Shown one piece after another: positions 47,280-56,322 of a DNA stretch of 64,000 nt (its first letter is position 1; each line of letters begins with the position of its first letter). The position numbers and the translations under genes were made by a program. The stretch comes from Bdellovibrionota bacterium. GTDB lineage: Bacteria > Bdellovibrionota_G > JALEGL01 > DATDPG01. The notes under the pieces are model-generated. The model was not told the DNA's origin, searched no databases, and saw nothing but the letters and a program-made list of their open reading frames with translations. The stretch covers positions 2,624,001 through 2,688,000 of the forward strand of contig OY764265.1 of NCBI GenBank assembly GCA_963668355.1, written 5' to 3'.

Positions 47280-48323
47280 TTACTGCTGGAATCGACTCTT
47301 GATCATTCCGATAATGATTCTTGGTGAACTTGATGTCTCTCCCACCGTTAGCAAAATGTAGTCAGCGCGATCAAGTTCCTCACGCGAAATTCCGGACCAG
47401 AGCGCAACGGTGTCGCTTTCGCGACCATCAGGACTTTTCTGCGAATATGGGAGCACCAAAAGCGCCGCCAATCCATCAGGTGCGTGTCCAGGGCCACCGT
47501 CGCCTTTGAAGTTTGGTGGGAGGTCAATTCCAAAATGCTGGTAACAGAACTGTGTCGATTCAGTGTGATTGACATATGCGCGAGTTCGACTTCCAGTCGA
47601 AAATCCATGCCAATACTTCTTTTTTGTGCACAAATCTTTCCCTGGCAAAACCACCTGTGAAGCTACAATCTGGCCTTCAGAGTTCTTAAAGCCCGCTTTC
47701 GACAGACCAAAAAGGTCCCAGCCACCCACATCTTCTCGAAACTTGTCGGCATTGTATTCATCAATTAAGGCAAATGGATAAAAAGCGTATTCCGAGGCAT
47801 TTACCTTCGATTGCTTGCCATCGCTTCCTTCTCGAACGAGATTTTCCTCGTTATCAATGAAAGCCTTGGTGATCATCTTATTACCGCTAAACTGAACGAC
47901 AAGACCTCCGCGTTCAATAATGAATGTGTCAATTAAAAGATCGCTTCCAGACCTTCTTGCATCGGGCTCTAAATCATCATTTTGAGCCAACTTCTGAAAA
48001 TCAACCGTATACGACCCATTTAAGCCAACCGGTCCAAAATCATTATTGACCGTTGAGAGCTCGCCATCCTCTTCGGGGGAGACAAACTCGGGCAGGAGAT
48101 CCTTCGCCGTCCAATTTTCTGTTCCACGAACCCAGAGAATTCGCCCCTGTTCACTGCAAAAGAGTTTTCCATCGCGGATCGTCAAACGGCTCGTTGCGCC
48201 TCGTTGAACGCATGAATGCAGACTTTCCGAGATTCCATCGGCCTGCGATTGGGCTTCTACGCTCAAGGAAATCGCAAAAGTTGCGAAAATAGGAAAGCAA
48301 AGAAACTTAACTGTTTTCATCAT
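47280..48323 (-). CDS. hypothetical secreted protein
   Basis: Signal peptide MMKTVKFLCFPIFATFAISLSVEA with a purine-rich RBS; about 347 aa; no family recognised. Confidence 0.7.
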   Translation of the reverse strand: MMKTVKFLCFPIFATFAISLSVEAQSQADGISESLHSCVQRGATSRLTIRDGKLFCSEQGRILWVRGTENWTAKDLLPEFVSPEEDGELSTVNNDFGPVGLNGSYTVDFQKLAQNDDLEPDARRSGSDLLIDTFIIERGGLVVQFSGNKMITKAFIDNEENLVREGSDGKQSKVNASEYAFYPFALIDEYNADKFREDVGGWDLFGLSKAGFKNSEGQIVASQVVLPGKDLCTKKKYWHGFSTGSRTRAYVNHTESTQFCYQHFGIDLPPNFKGDGGPGHAPDGLAALLVLPYSQKSPDGRESDTVALWSGISREELDRADYILLTVGETSSSPRIIIGMIKSRFQQ

Positions 48324-48351
48324 TGCCTTTCTCCCACTAAGTGAAGATGAA

Positions 48352-48882
48352 TTATTTCGGCGGACGCACAAGCTCGTAGAGCGTGTGGACGTACGATAGA
48401 TCTTCTTCGCTATCATCGTCAAATGTCCCCTGGATGGGGAGCTTGATCACGACGCCTTTTGTTCCGTCAAAGATACGATCCCTTTGGGCTTGCACTCCAC
48501 GCTCTGACATCGAAGTACCCGTGAAAAGTAAGATAAAGCCGCCTTCTGGTGCCTTGAGGGATTGTCCCAGATCCTTTACGTCATACTGAACTTCTTGGGG
48601 ATAGTGAGAGTGCAAGTTAACAACTCTCGTTAGCTCAAGCCGTGATGGCCAAGAGAAATTCTCAAGTAAAATGTTTGTCATCGGGATAAGTGCTTTTCGT
48701 ACGTAGGTTTCGGCATTTCCCCAACTAGGATGCGCTCTATATTCGGTTCTCGCATCTTCGTCGATCGCAACAAGAACAGAGGTTTGATCCACAGTAAGTC
48801 GTTCTGTAGCAAAAACTCTATTCGCCGCACCGACCAGAACTAAAGTAGCCATGCTGAAAATGAATAAATTCTTAAGGGTCAT
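48352..48882 (-). CDS. hypothetical secreted protein
   Basis: GGAGG RBS before ATG 48882; signal peptide ending in VFA. Confidence 0.7.
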   Translation of the reverse strand: MTLKNLFIFSMATLVLVGAANRVFATERLTVDQTSVLVAIDEDARTEYRAHPSWGNAETYVRKALIPMTNILLENFSWPSRLELTRVVNLHSHYPQEVQYDVKDLGQSLKAPEGGFILLFTGTSMSERGVQAQRDRIFDGTKGVVIKLPIQGTFDDDSEEDLSYVHTLYELVRPPK

Positions 48883-48916
48883 AGATACCTCCAAAATTCG
48901 TTTTCCTTGGACTAAC

Positions 48917-48931
48917 GCAATTACCGTGCCG
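48917..48931 (-). promoter_or_regulatory. sigma54 (-24/-12) promoter candidate
   Basis: Minus strand reads CGGCACGGTAATTGC against consensus TGGCACG-N4-TTGC, 35 bp upstream of the start; IHF-like TTTCAATATTTTA just upstream (about 48946-48958). Confidence 0.65.
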
Positions 48932-49142
48932 CGTCAAGAAGCTCCTAAAATATTGAAATAACGAGATTATGATCGGCCCTTGCCACCATCTGCCCCGTAC
49001 ATTGTGCGACCTCTGTGCCCCTTGCCTGAATCTCAGCAAATATGATGAAGTGACTTTTTTTTAAAGTCGGGGCCTCTGGCCTGTTAAGAGCCAGGCCCCT
49101 CTTGCCTGAAATCAAATTGGGTACTTAGTCCTAAAGAATAAA

Positions 49143-49292
49143 AAGGGACTTAAAACAAATGCCCTTTCCCAAAGCGTGAGGAAGCCCCAGAATCCATGCA
49201 TAAAAAATGCTGGGGCTGAGTCCCGAGCGAGCCGAACGGCGTAACGCGAGGCGAAGCGTCTTTGGGAAAGGGCATTTGTTTTTAAGGCCCTT
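49143..49292. repeat. about 150-bp palindromic MITE/REP-like element, complete copy
   Basis: Terminal inverted arms AAGGGACTTAAAACAAATGCCCTTTCCCAAAG and CTTTGGGAAAGGGCATTTGTTTTTAAGGCCCTT; internal hairpin AGCCCCAG...CTGGGGCT. Confidence 0.85.
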
Positions 49293-49310
49293 CCTGTTTT
49301 GGACCACTTT

Positions 49311-50288
49311 TTACAGATTTGTTCCTTTACCCAAATTTCGGAGGGTTTCGATCAGTTGGGCCAGTTCCGGAGCTAAGGGGCTTTCGAAAGTACGTTCCTC
49401 TGCCTCGCCCGGCAACAGGACTCGAAGTTTCGAGGCATGAAGGAAATGCCGTTTGAGTTTGAATTGATCTTGCTGACGCTCCTTCGGAGTCTGGTATAGC
49501 CGGTCTCCCACCAAAGGATGTCCGATGGCACTCAAATGCACTCGAACCTGGTGCATCCGTCCCGTCAAGGTTCGAACCGCCAACAGGGTTGCCTCCTCAA
49601 ACACCTCTACCGGTTCGTACAAGGTTTTGGCCTCCCGGACTTTGGATCGATGCGGAACACTCGAATCCTTTACCGCCACCATTTTTCGCGGATTCCGGGA
49701 ATGATGGGCCAAGCCAAAATCCACTTCCCCCGCCGTTTCGATTTTTCCCAACACCAGGGCATGGTAGGTCTTTTTAATTTTTCGTTCATCAAAGCCCGTT
49801 CGCAAAAATCGGAAGGCCTCAGGCGTCCGCGCCACCATGATCAGACCCGAGGTATCCGTATCCAGGCGATGAACAATGCCCGGCCGAAGGGAATCATCTC
49901 CAACATCCACCAAATTCGGAAAACGGGCCAAAACCGCATTGGCCAGAGTCTCTACATCCGAATAATCATTTGGATGGGTGGGTAAGTCCGCAGGTTTGTC
50001 CAGAATCACCACCTGAGAAGACTGCCAAACAATTTTGAGGGGGATCTTGGGGTTCGGATCGATTCGACGCTCTTCGGGAAGCGTGAAGGAGTCCACGATC
50101 ACCTCATCGCCTTCCTGGATCAGATCCCCTTTTCGGGACGCCTTCCCATTGACGCGCACCGTGCCCTTTAAGATTAATTCTTGAATATAGGCCCGAGAGA
50201 TCCCTCGAAACTGAGCCGAGACAAAGCGATCCAGGCGTGTGCGGGCCTGGTCGCCAACAATGATCCATTTCTTCTCTGGACTCGGCAT
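49311..50288 (-). CDS. RluA/RluD family 23S rRNA pseudouridine synthase with S4 domain
   Basis: RLDRF S4 domain, DKP, RPGIVHRLDTDTSG, TGRMHQVRVH, GD.LY and LHA. Confidence 0.93.
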   Translation of the reverse strand: MPSPEKKWIIVGDQARTRLDRFVSAQFRGISRAYIQELILKGTVRVNGKASRKGDLIQEGDEVIVDSFTLPEERRIDPNPKIPLKIVWQSSQVVILDKPADLPTHPNDYSDVETLANAVLARFPNLVDVGDDSLRPGIVHRLDTDTSGLIMVARTPEAFRFLRTGFDERKIKKTYHALVLGKIETAGEVDFGLAHHSRNPRKMVAVKDSSVPHRSKVREAKTLYEPVEVFEEATLLAVRTLTGRMHQVRVHLSAIGHPLVGDRLYQTPKERQQDQFKLKRHFLHASKLRVLLPGEAEERTFESPLAPELAQLIETLRNLGKGTNL

Positions 50289-50332
50289 AACCTCCTTACA
50301 TTATTCGATTTAGTGATATACTTCGAGTCGTT

Positions 50333-51142
50333 ATGAGCAAAATTTGTTTCGCGCTTTTGCTAAGTTTGTTTTTTGTCCCTGTCGTCATGGCTGAACCCTT
50401 TCAGGCGAACGTCAACGAGGAGAAGACCTATCTCCGAACAGACCCCAGCTTGGATAGTTCCGTCCTTCTGGAAATGAAAAAAAACGATTCGATCACCGTA
50501 GTGGAGGAAAAGGATGATTGGATGCTCGTTCGAACGCCGGAAAACCGCGTTGGATGGGTTAAATCTCATGATGTTCGCAAAGAAACACCCGTGACCATTT
50601 CTCAGGGCACCCCCACTCCATCAGAAAACTCCAATCTCAACCCCGAACCCGAACAGGAACCCACGATCACCGATGTCGTTCCGGAGCGAGAATTTTATGA
50701 AATTTCCATGGTTCTAAGGCCCGGTTTTGACAAGGCCACGGATCACCCGGCTGGAATGGACGATACGGGATTTAGCATTGGGGGACACGTAGCCTGGTTT
50801 TTTACGCCCTACTTTGGCTTGAGTATCCCCTATACGTTTCGGTTCTATGAAGGAGACTACAAGATTCAAACTGTCGGAGGCGGTCCCGTGATCCGATACC
50901 TGGATCTAAACCATTTCCGGGGATCCTTAGATGGAAATTTCATTTATGCTCGGGCCTTTGGGCATAACGAAATCGGTTGGAGTGCCGGTTGGGACTTCAC
51001 CTTCGGGTTCAAGGACACAATCCTACGCCCCTTCATCGGACCGTTTGTCCGCTTCGAGCAAATCTATGCCGACGGTCCGAACCTCACCACATGGAGTTTT
51101 GGTTTAAGCATTTCCCTCACGAATTTCACAGACCTGAGCTAA
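50333..51142 (+). CDS. SH3b domain + outer-membrane beta-barrel-like protein
   Basis: Signal peptide; LR.DPS...W..V...GWV SH3b pattern; Pro/Glu linker; aromatic amphipathic beta strands. Confidence 0.7.
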   Translation: MSKICFALLLSLFFVPVVMAEPFQANVNEEKTYLRTDPSLDSSVLLEMKKNDSITVVEEKDDWMLVRTPENRVGWVKSHDVRKETPVTISQGTPTPSENSNLNPEPEQEPTITDVVPEREFYEISMVLRPGFDKATDHPAGMDDTGFSIGGHVAWFFTPYFGLSIPYTFRFYEGDYKIQTVGGGPVIRYLDLNHFRGSLDGNFIYARAFGHNEIGWSAGWDFTFGFKDTILRPFIGPFVRFEQIYADGPNLTTWSFGLSISLTNFTDLS

Positions 51143-51148
51143 GAAAGC

Positions 51149-52429
51149 GTGGAAAAAGCTGGGGATATTTTTGGGAGCTTTTTTAGGCGAAGTGGGCTCA
51201 CCCTACTTTGCTTGGGACTCGTTTTTCTTTTGTATGGTTCCTCCCCCGCCCAAATCAAAACCAATTTAAAAGGATCCAAAAAAGTGGAATTCCTTCTGGA
51301 TAAGTTGGAATTCTCTCCCAGTTATAAAGTTCGAATCGCTGCCGCCAATGAGCTGGGTCGGGTGGCCAACGGAACCCTTGCCGATTGGATGCTTCGAGCT
51401 TTTCGAAAAGAAAAGAACCCAGCCGTTCGCCTCTCCATCCTCTATGCCGTAGGACAAATTCCGGACCACTTGGTCCTGCCCCCCTTACTGGAGCTCCTTC
51501 AACAAGAACTTTTGGAAGAAAAAGAAATCGTGGCAGCAGAACAAGTCATTTGGAATCTCCGCAGGGCCGTGGACATTACGGAGTGGACCAAAGCACTTTT
51601 GGACAGCATGTCTCGACAGGAACGGGCCCTTGCGGCCTATCTCATGGGCTTGGTCGGAGGAAGAACCGTTTACCCAGCATTGGTGGAGGCTTTAAACGAC
51701 ACATCGGCCTATGTTCGAACCCGAGCCGTTCAAAGTCTGGGTCGAATTGGTGTAAAAAACGGCGCGGAAAAATGTCGTTTCTTGGCTCACAAAGATCCCG
51801 ATCGAACGGTGAGAAAAGCAGCTCGAACTTGCGTCGGAGAACTAAAACTCCGAAACAAAAAAACACGACTGAAGAACAGCCGAAAAATTCGTTTGGTAAA
51901 AGATCTCCGCGGATTGAAACGAAACGCCATGACACCTTCCGAAATGCGCCACTACTGGGAACATAACGTCAACCCACGAGAGTTGGAGGAAGCCGTAAGC
52001 TTTCTACGCAAAGGACATATCGAGCAAAGACAAGACAAGTCCATCACCCTTGCTCACCACAAACAACTGAGAAAAACGATCCAATACGACGCAAATCTCG
52101 TGACCCACTATCATTTTCGCAAGGCCGACCTTTCCAAACTCAAAGACGTCGTTCACGAGAATGTCGGGTATGTGAACCGATGTTACATTCAAGAAGTTAA
52201 GAAAAACCGAAAACTGGGAGGAACCGTTCGAATGCGTTTCCTCATCTTAAAAAATGGAACCGTTTCAACCGTTCAAGTGGTGGGAGGATCCCTAAAACAT
52301 CGAAAGGTGCACTCCTGCATTCAAAAGGAGATTCAAAAATTTAAATTTCCAGCCATCCCTCTTTCCTATGTGACCATGAATTACACGTTTTCATTCACGC
52401 CACCCAAAGATCGAACGTACAAATTTTAA
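51149..52429 (+). CDS. HEAT-repeat protein with AgmX/PglI-type (TonB-C-like) C-terminal domain
   Basis: N-terminal TM/signal; VR..AA..LG repeats; RCY..E...LGG.V.MRF.I..NG.V...C.......KFP...YTF.F. Confidence 0.75.
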   Translation: MEKAGDIFGSFFRRSGLTLLCLGLVFLLYGSSPAQIKTNLKGSKKVEFLLDKLEFSPSYKVRIAAANELGRVANGTLADWMLRAFRKEKNPAVRLSILYAVGQIPDHLVLPPLLELLQQELLEEKEIVAAEQVIWNLRRAVDITEWTKALLDSMSRQERALAAYLMGLVGGRTVYPALVEALNDTSAYVRTRAVQSLGRIGVKNGAEKCRFLAHKDPDRTVRKAARTCVGELKLRNKKTRLKNSRKIRLVKDLRGLKRNAMTPSEMRHYWEHNVNPRELEEAVSFLRKGHIEQRQDKSITLAHHKQLRKTIQYDANLVTHYHFRKADLSKLKDVVHENVGYVNRCYIQEVKKNRKLGGTVRMRFLILKNGTVSTVQVVGGSLKHRKVHSCIQKEIQKFKFPAIPLSYVTMNYTFSFTPPKDRTYKF

Positions 52430-52971
52430 ATGGATTGTTTTAGTTTTTGAATTTCAGCCTTGATTTCTTCGGAGCCATTTTCCTTGGCCAGAGATTCCAG
52501 TCGGTCCAGGCTGGCTTGGGCTGCGGTTCTTTTTTCTTCCAAGACCTCCAACATATGCCCCAAGGATCCGAAAAACCCTTTAAACTCATCTTTGCTTCGT
52601 ACTTTTTGCAAAGAACGCACCTCTCCAGTTTCCGCAATTTCTTCCAACGTGCGACTGACTCGAAACATGGGCCCTGCAATTCGATGCGTAATCAAAATGC
52701 CTAAAACAAACAGACTTCCTACTTGAAGAAGAAAGAATCCTGCCAAGATGTATAACGTTCCTCGATCATAGTCAGCCACCATGGCCGAAATTTCCGAAGA
52801 TTGGATTTGGAGAATTTCCGTATTGGTCACATTCATCTGGTAAAGCTTGTAACCCAATATGGCGAAAATGATGGAAGAGACAAACACAACCAGCATCGTA
52901 TATTTGATCTGAAAGTGTCCATCGACCAAATATCGACGATGTTTGAAATTCGATTTTTTTCGATCACTCAT
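52426..52971 (-). CDS. two-TM HAMP-like domain membrane protein
   Basis: RRYLVD..FQ.KY, two TM segments, THRIAGP..R...R.KDE. Confidence 0.7.
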   Translation of the reverse strand: MSDRKKSNFKHRRYLVDGHFQIKYTMLVVFVSSIIFAILGYKLYQMNVTNTEILQIQSSEISAMVADYDRGTLYILAGFFLLQVGSLFVLGILITHRIAGPMFRVSRTLEEIAETGEVRSLQKVRSKDEFKGFFGSLGHMLEVLEEKRTAAQASLDRLESLAKENGSEEIKAEIQKLKQSI

Positions 52972-52973
52972 GA

Positions 52974-54302
52974 TTAAGGCCCAAAGGTTTCAGTTACACC
53001 TGCACTGGCCTGCATTATAGGCCTTGGTGAAAAATATTCGAGAAACACGTCTCGGGCCAAATCGGAGGGTTTAATTCTCCAGTACTTTTCGCTCACTAAA
53101 ACCACACCAATGGCAATCTTCTGATTTCGTGAGTTGCGTGCATATCCCACAAACCACTCGGTCCGGCCTCTGGGGTTTCTTCCGGAGAGGGATCCCGTTT
53201 TTCCCCCAATTTGAAGTTCCCTCAAAACCTTTCTCCGCTTCATATTTCGAAAGGACTTTCGCGATGTCCCAACGGTGATGGTTTGGGCCATCATATGTCG
53301 AAGTTTTCGCGCCGTAACCGGTGTCATGGCTTCTTTCCAAACCTTAGGTTCCACCGCGTATTTCAATGCCCCCTTTTGATCGACCGCACGGCTAACCAAA
53401 TAGGGTTCCATGATTCGTCCCTCATTCACGGCTGCCCCAGCGAGCAAGGCTCCGTGCAATGGACTCAGACGAACCTTACCGAAACCTGCAGCGGCCCGCG
53501 CGGCTTGATATCGGCTATCCAAATCGATTCGGGCCAAGCTCGGAGCGACCTTCAGACCGAAAGGAATCTCATCGTTGAAACCAAATCGACTCGCGTAATC
53601 CAGCAACACCTCGGAACCCATTTGTGGATTGGCTCCGATTTTGCCAAATACAACATTGGCCGATTTCGCAAACGCCCTTCCCAAGGACAGACGATTCCGC
53701 CCTCCATGTCTCAAAACCTGTCGGGATCGAATTCCGTACATATCTCCATTGAACCGAATGGTAGAATTGGGAAGAAGAATGCCTCGTTCCATGGCTGCGG
53801 TTGCGCTAACCATTTTGAACACCGAAGCCGCCGGAAAGGTTGCTCGAAGAGCCAAATCAGACAATTCAGGATCTTTTGTAGAGTAAGAAGCCAACGCCAA
53901 AACACTCCCTGTGGTCGGTTCGACGACCGCAACCCCACCCCAATCCACTTTATGACGAGAAAGCTTCTTCATCAAATAGCGTTGAAGAGCGGTATCGAAG
54001 GTTAACTCGATCGCCAGATCCCCATCTTCCGTCGCGACGCGAACTTCCTCCGGTCCTCTTAATAAGTGATCGGTTTTCAACAGGTCTTGAAAGAAAGGCT
54101 TCCCGATTTCGTCCGTCTTCTTCTCCGCCGCAGAAGAAACTTGTTTCGGAACTTTGGCGTTTACCTGGGAGGTTCTTGAAAAGACAACAACCCCCAAGAA
54201 AAAAATGCAGACCAGCACACCAATGGCTACAACAAAGCCTTTCCGGTCCCCTTTCTTTCTCGATCGCCGGGGAAGATTATTCTGATAGTCTCTCCAACTC
54301 AC
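52974..54302 (-). CDS. penicillin-binding protein, transpeptidase domain only
   Basis: N-terminal TM; SxxK (SVFK), SxN (SAN) and KTG intact. Confidence 0.88.
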   Translation of the reverse strand: MSWRDYQNNLPRRSRKKGDRKGFVVAIGVLVCIFFLGVVVFSRTSQVNAKVPKQVSSAAEKKTDEIGKPFFQDLLKTDHLLRGPEEVRVATEDGDLAIELTFDTALQRYLMKKLSRHKVDWGGVAVVEPTTGSVLALASYSTKDPELSDLALRATFPAASVFKMVSATAAMERGILLPNSTIRFNGDMYGIRSRQVLRHGGRNRLSLGRAFAKSANVVFGKIGANPQMGSEVLLDYASRFGFNDEIPFGLKVAPSLARIDLDSRYQAARAAAGFGKVRLSPLHGALLAGAAVNEGRIMEPYLVSRAVDQKGALKYAVEPKVWKEAMTPVTARKLRHMMAQTITVGTSRKSFRNMKRRKVLRELQIGGKTGSLSGRNPRGRTEWFVGYARNSRNQKIAIGVVLVSEKYWRIKPSDLARDVFLEYFSPRPIMQASAGVTETFGP

Positions 54303-54333
54303 AACGGTTTTATGATAAAAAATCCTATCATAT

Positions 54334-54573
54334 ATGCAACTTATCCTCTACCACTTCGAGTATTGCCCTTATTGTGTGGACGTAAGACATGCAATTAACC
54401 GATTAAATGTCCCAAATGTGGAAACCCGAGACATCTTGGAAAATCCCACGTACAAACAAGAACTCATTGCTTTGAATGGCCACCGACAAGTCCCTTGTTT
54501 GCTGATCGACGGAAAACCCATGCTGGAAAGCCGTGACATCATCGCCTTTTTGGAAAGACACTACGGTCCATGA
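54334..54573 (+). CDS. glutaredoxin family protein
   Basis: CPYC, QVPCL and ES.DII.FL motifs. Confidence 0.9.
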   Translation: MQLILYHFEYCPYCVDVRHAINRLNVPNVETRDILENPTYKQELIALNGHRQVPCLLIDGKPMLESRDIIAFLERHYGP

Positions 54574-56321
54574 GCACGACCCCTCGAAGAATTTTGTTGT
54601 CTCTCACGGTCGGTTTGACGCTGGCCCTGATGATATCCTGGGTCGATCTTCCCCTTCGAGGATCCATCTATCAAATGATGATCCGCTTAAGAGGTCCCAT
54701 CCAACCCGCCAAGAACATCGCTTTGTTGATCACGGCGGATCAGAATTCGGCGAAGGAAGTTTCTCTCCACACACGAACGTGGTTATCCGACGTTCGAACC
54801 GTTCTCCACGCCCTTCAATCCAAGCCACCTAACGTGGTCTATTTCGATTTTGAAATTTCTCCGGATGAAAAACGGTTTTTAGGTCTAAAAGATTTAAATT
54901 TCCCGACCTACTCTCGGGAACTGGATTTTACAAAAGAAGGAGATGTCTTTCTTCTTCCCTTCGTTCGGTCTCCTGAATTTCTCCCCCAAAAAAACGCCTC
55001 GCAGTCCATGTCCCCGGATCCATTTATGTTGGGCACCGAACCTAGCCAACTCCTGCGCTCCATCGCCCCCCAAGAGTTGACCTACCTTCTAAATCACGGA
55101 CCACAGGTTCTCAATATCACGGGTCCCTCGGGCACCTACCCGCGAATCCCTTTATCGGCCACTCAGTCCGACCCAAAAAGACTTCAGCAACTGGCAGACA
55201 AAATTGTATTGATTGCTCCCCCACTCGAAGAAACCCGCTCTCGCTTGGGACAACTTCCTTTCTATCCAAAAACAGGAATCGCGGGTTGGGATGAAACGGA
55301 AGTGGTGGCAAATATCATTGATACCGTAATTCACAAACGAGGCATTCGACAGGCTCCTGAAGAGGTTTCCTTCTTGATTACCGCTCTGGTTGCGGCGAGT
55401 TCGGTGTGGGTTTTATTTTCGACACCGCCTCTCATGGGCATTCTCTCGGTCGTCCTCATTTCTTTCCTTTTGGTAGTTACTGCCTTGTTGGCCATTCACA
55501 TGTTCTTTTTCTTGGACATTCTTCCCCCGTTCTTGGCCATTGTTTTTGCCTACTACTTCCTGATCCCTTACCGGCTAATTGTTGAATACAAGGGACGATG
55601 GCGTTACCAACAAGAAAATCGCCTATTGGCCGAGGTTGAAACGCTAAAGAACAATTTCATGTCCCTCGTTACCCATAATTTAAAAACGCCCATAGCTCGA
55701 ATCGAGGGAATAGTGGAAACACTTTTGGCATCCAAAGGATCTACCGAGGAGGAATGGAAAAATGGCCTTTCAAGGCTTCTCCATTCGACAGAAGACTTGA
55801 ACCGACTGGTGACGCGCATTCTCAACCTCGCTCGGGTGGAGCGACCTGAATATCAATTGCAAGTCACGAATCGGGATTTGAACCAAATCGTAGAAAAGGT
55901 CATTGAAAACCACGAGCCTTTGGCACAGGAAAAGGACATCACCCTTCACGTGGATTTGGAACCTCTTTTCCCCATCAACATGGAACCCGAGCTCATTCAA
56001 GAGTCCATTGCCAATTTGGTGGAGAATGGCATCAAATACACGCCGACCGGTGGAGAGGTTCTGATTAAAACCGAGGAAGTGGGAGAACACATTCACTTCA
56101 GTGTTTCCGATACGGGCCCAGGAATTCCGGAAGAAGAAGAATCAAAGATCTTTTCCAAGTTTTATCGTGGGGCCGAAGTCAAAAACAAAGGCATTCGGGG
56201 AAGCGGCTTGGGACTATACCTTGTGAAATATTTCATTGAACTTCATGGCGGCTCCATTCAATTTGAAAACCGGCCTGAAGGCGGAAGCCGTTTCACCTTG
56301 AGCCTTCTTCGAAAGAAATGA
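54570..56321 (+). CDS. CHASE2-like sensor histidine kinase
   Basis: One TM, periplasmic domain, three TM; HNLKTP H-box, NLVENGIKY, DTGPGI, F.KFYR and GSGLGL. Confidence 0.88.
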   Translation: MSTTPRRILLSLTVGLTLALMISWVDLPLRGSIYQMMIRLRGPIQPAKNIALLITADQNSAKEVSLHTRTWLSDVRTVLHALQSKPPNVVYFDFEISPDEKRFLGLKDLNFPTYSRELDFTKEGDVFLLPFVRSPEFLPQKNASQSMSPDPFMLGTEPSQLLRSIAPQELTYLLNHGPQVLNITGPSGTYPRIPLSATQSDPKRLQQLADKIVLIAPPLEETRSRLGQLPFYPKTGIAGWDETEVVANIIDTVIHKRGIRQAPEEVSFLITALVAASSVWVLFSTPPLMGILSVVLISFLLVVTALLAIHMFFFLDILPPFLAIVFAYYFLIPYRLIVEYKGRWRYQQENRLLAEVETLKNNFMSLVTHNLKTPIARIEGIVETLLASKGSTEEEWKNGLSRLLHSTEDLNRLVTRILNLARVERPEYQLQVTNRDLNQIVEKVIENHEPLAQEKDITLHVDLEPLFPINMEPELIQESIANLVENGIKYTPTGGEVLIKTEEVGEHIHFSVSDTGPGIPEEEESKIFSKFYRGAEVKNKGIRGSGLGLYLVKYFIELHGGSIQFENRPEGGSRFTLSLLRKK

Positions 56322-56322
56322 T

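Noticed and set aside
47079..49292. CRISPR array or integron attC sites
   Set aside because: Only two copies 2 kb apart, no spacers, no cas or intI gene, and no RYYYAAC/GTTRRRY core sites at the arm ends.
49207..49440. 77-aa ORF starting inside the palindromic element
   Set aside because: Runs antisense into the pseudouridine synthase gene and shows no transposase or toxin features.
53211..54005. 264-aa plus-strand ORF
   Set aside because: Antisense to the transpeptidase gene; not protein-like.
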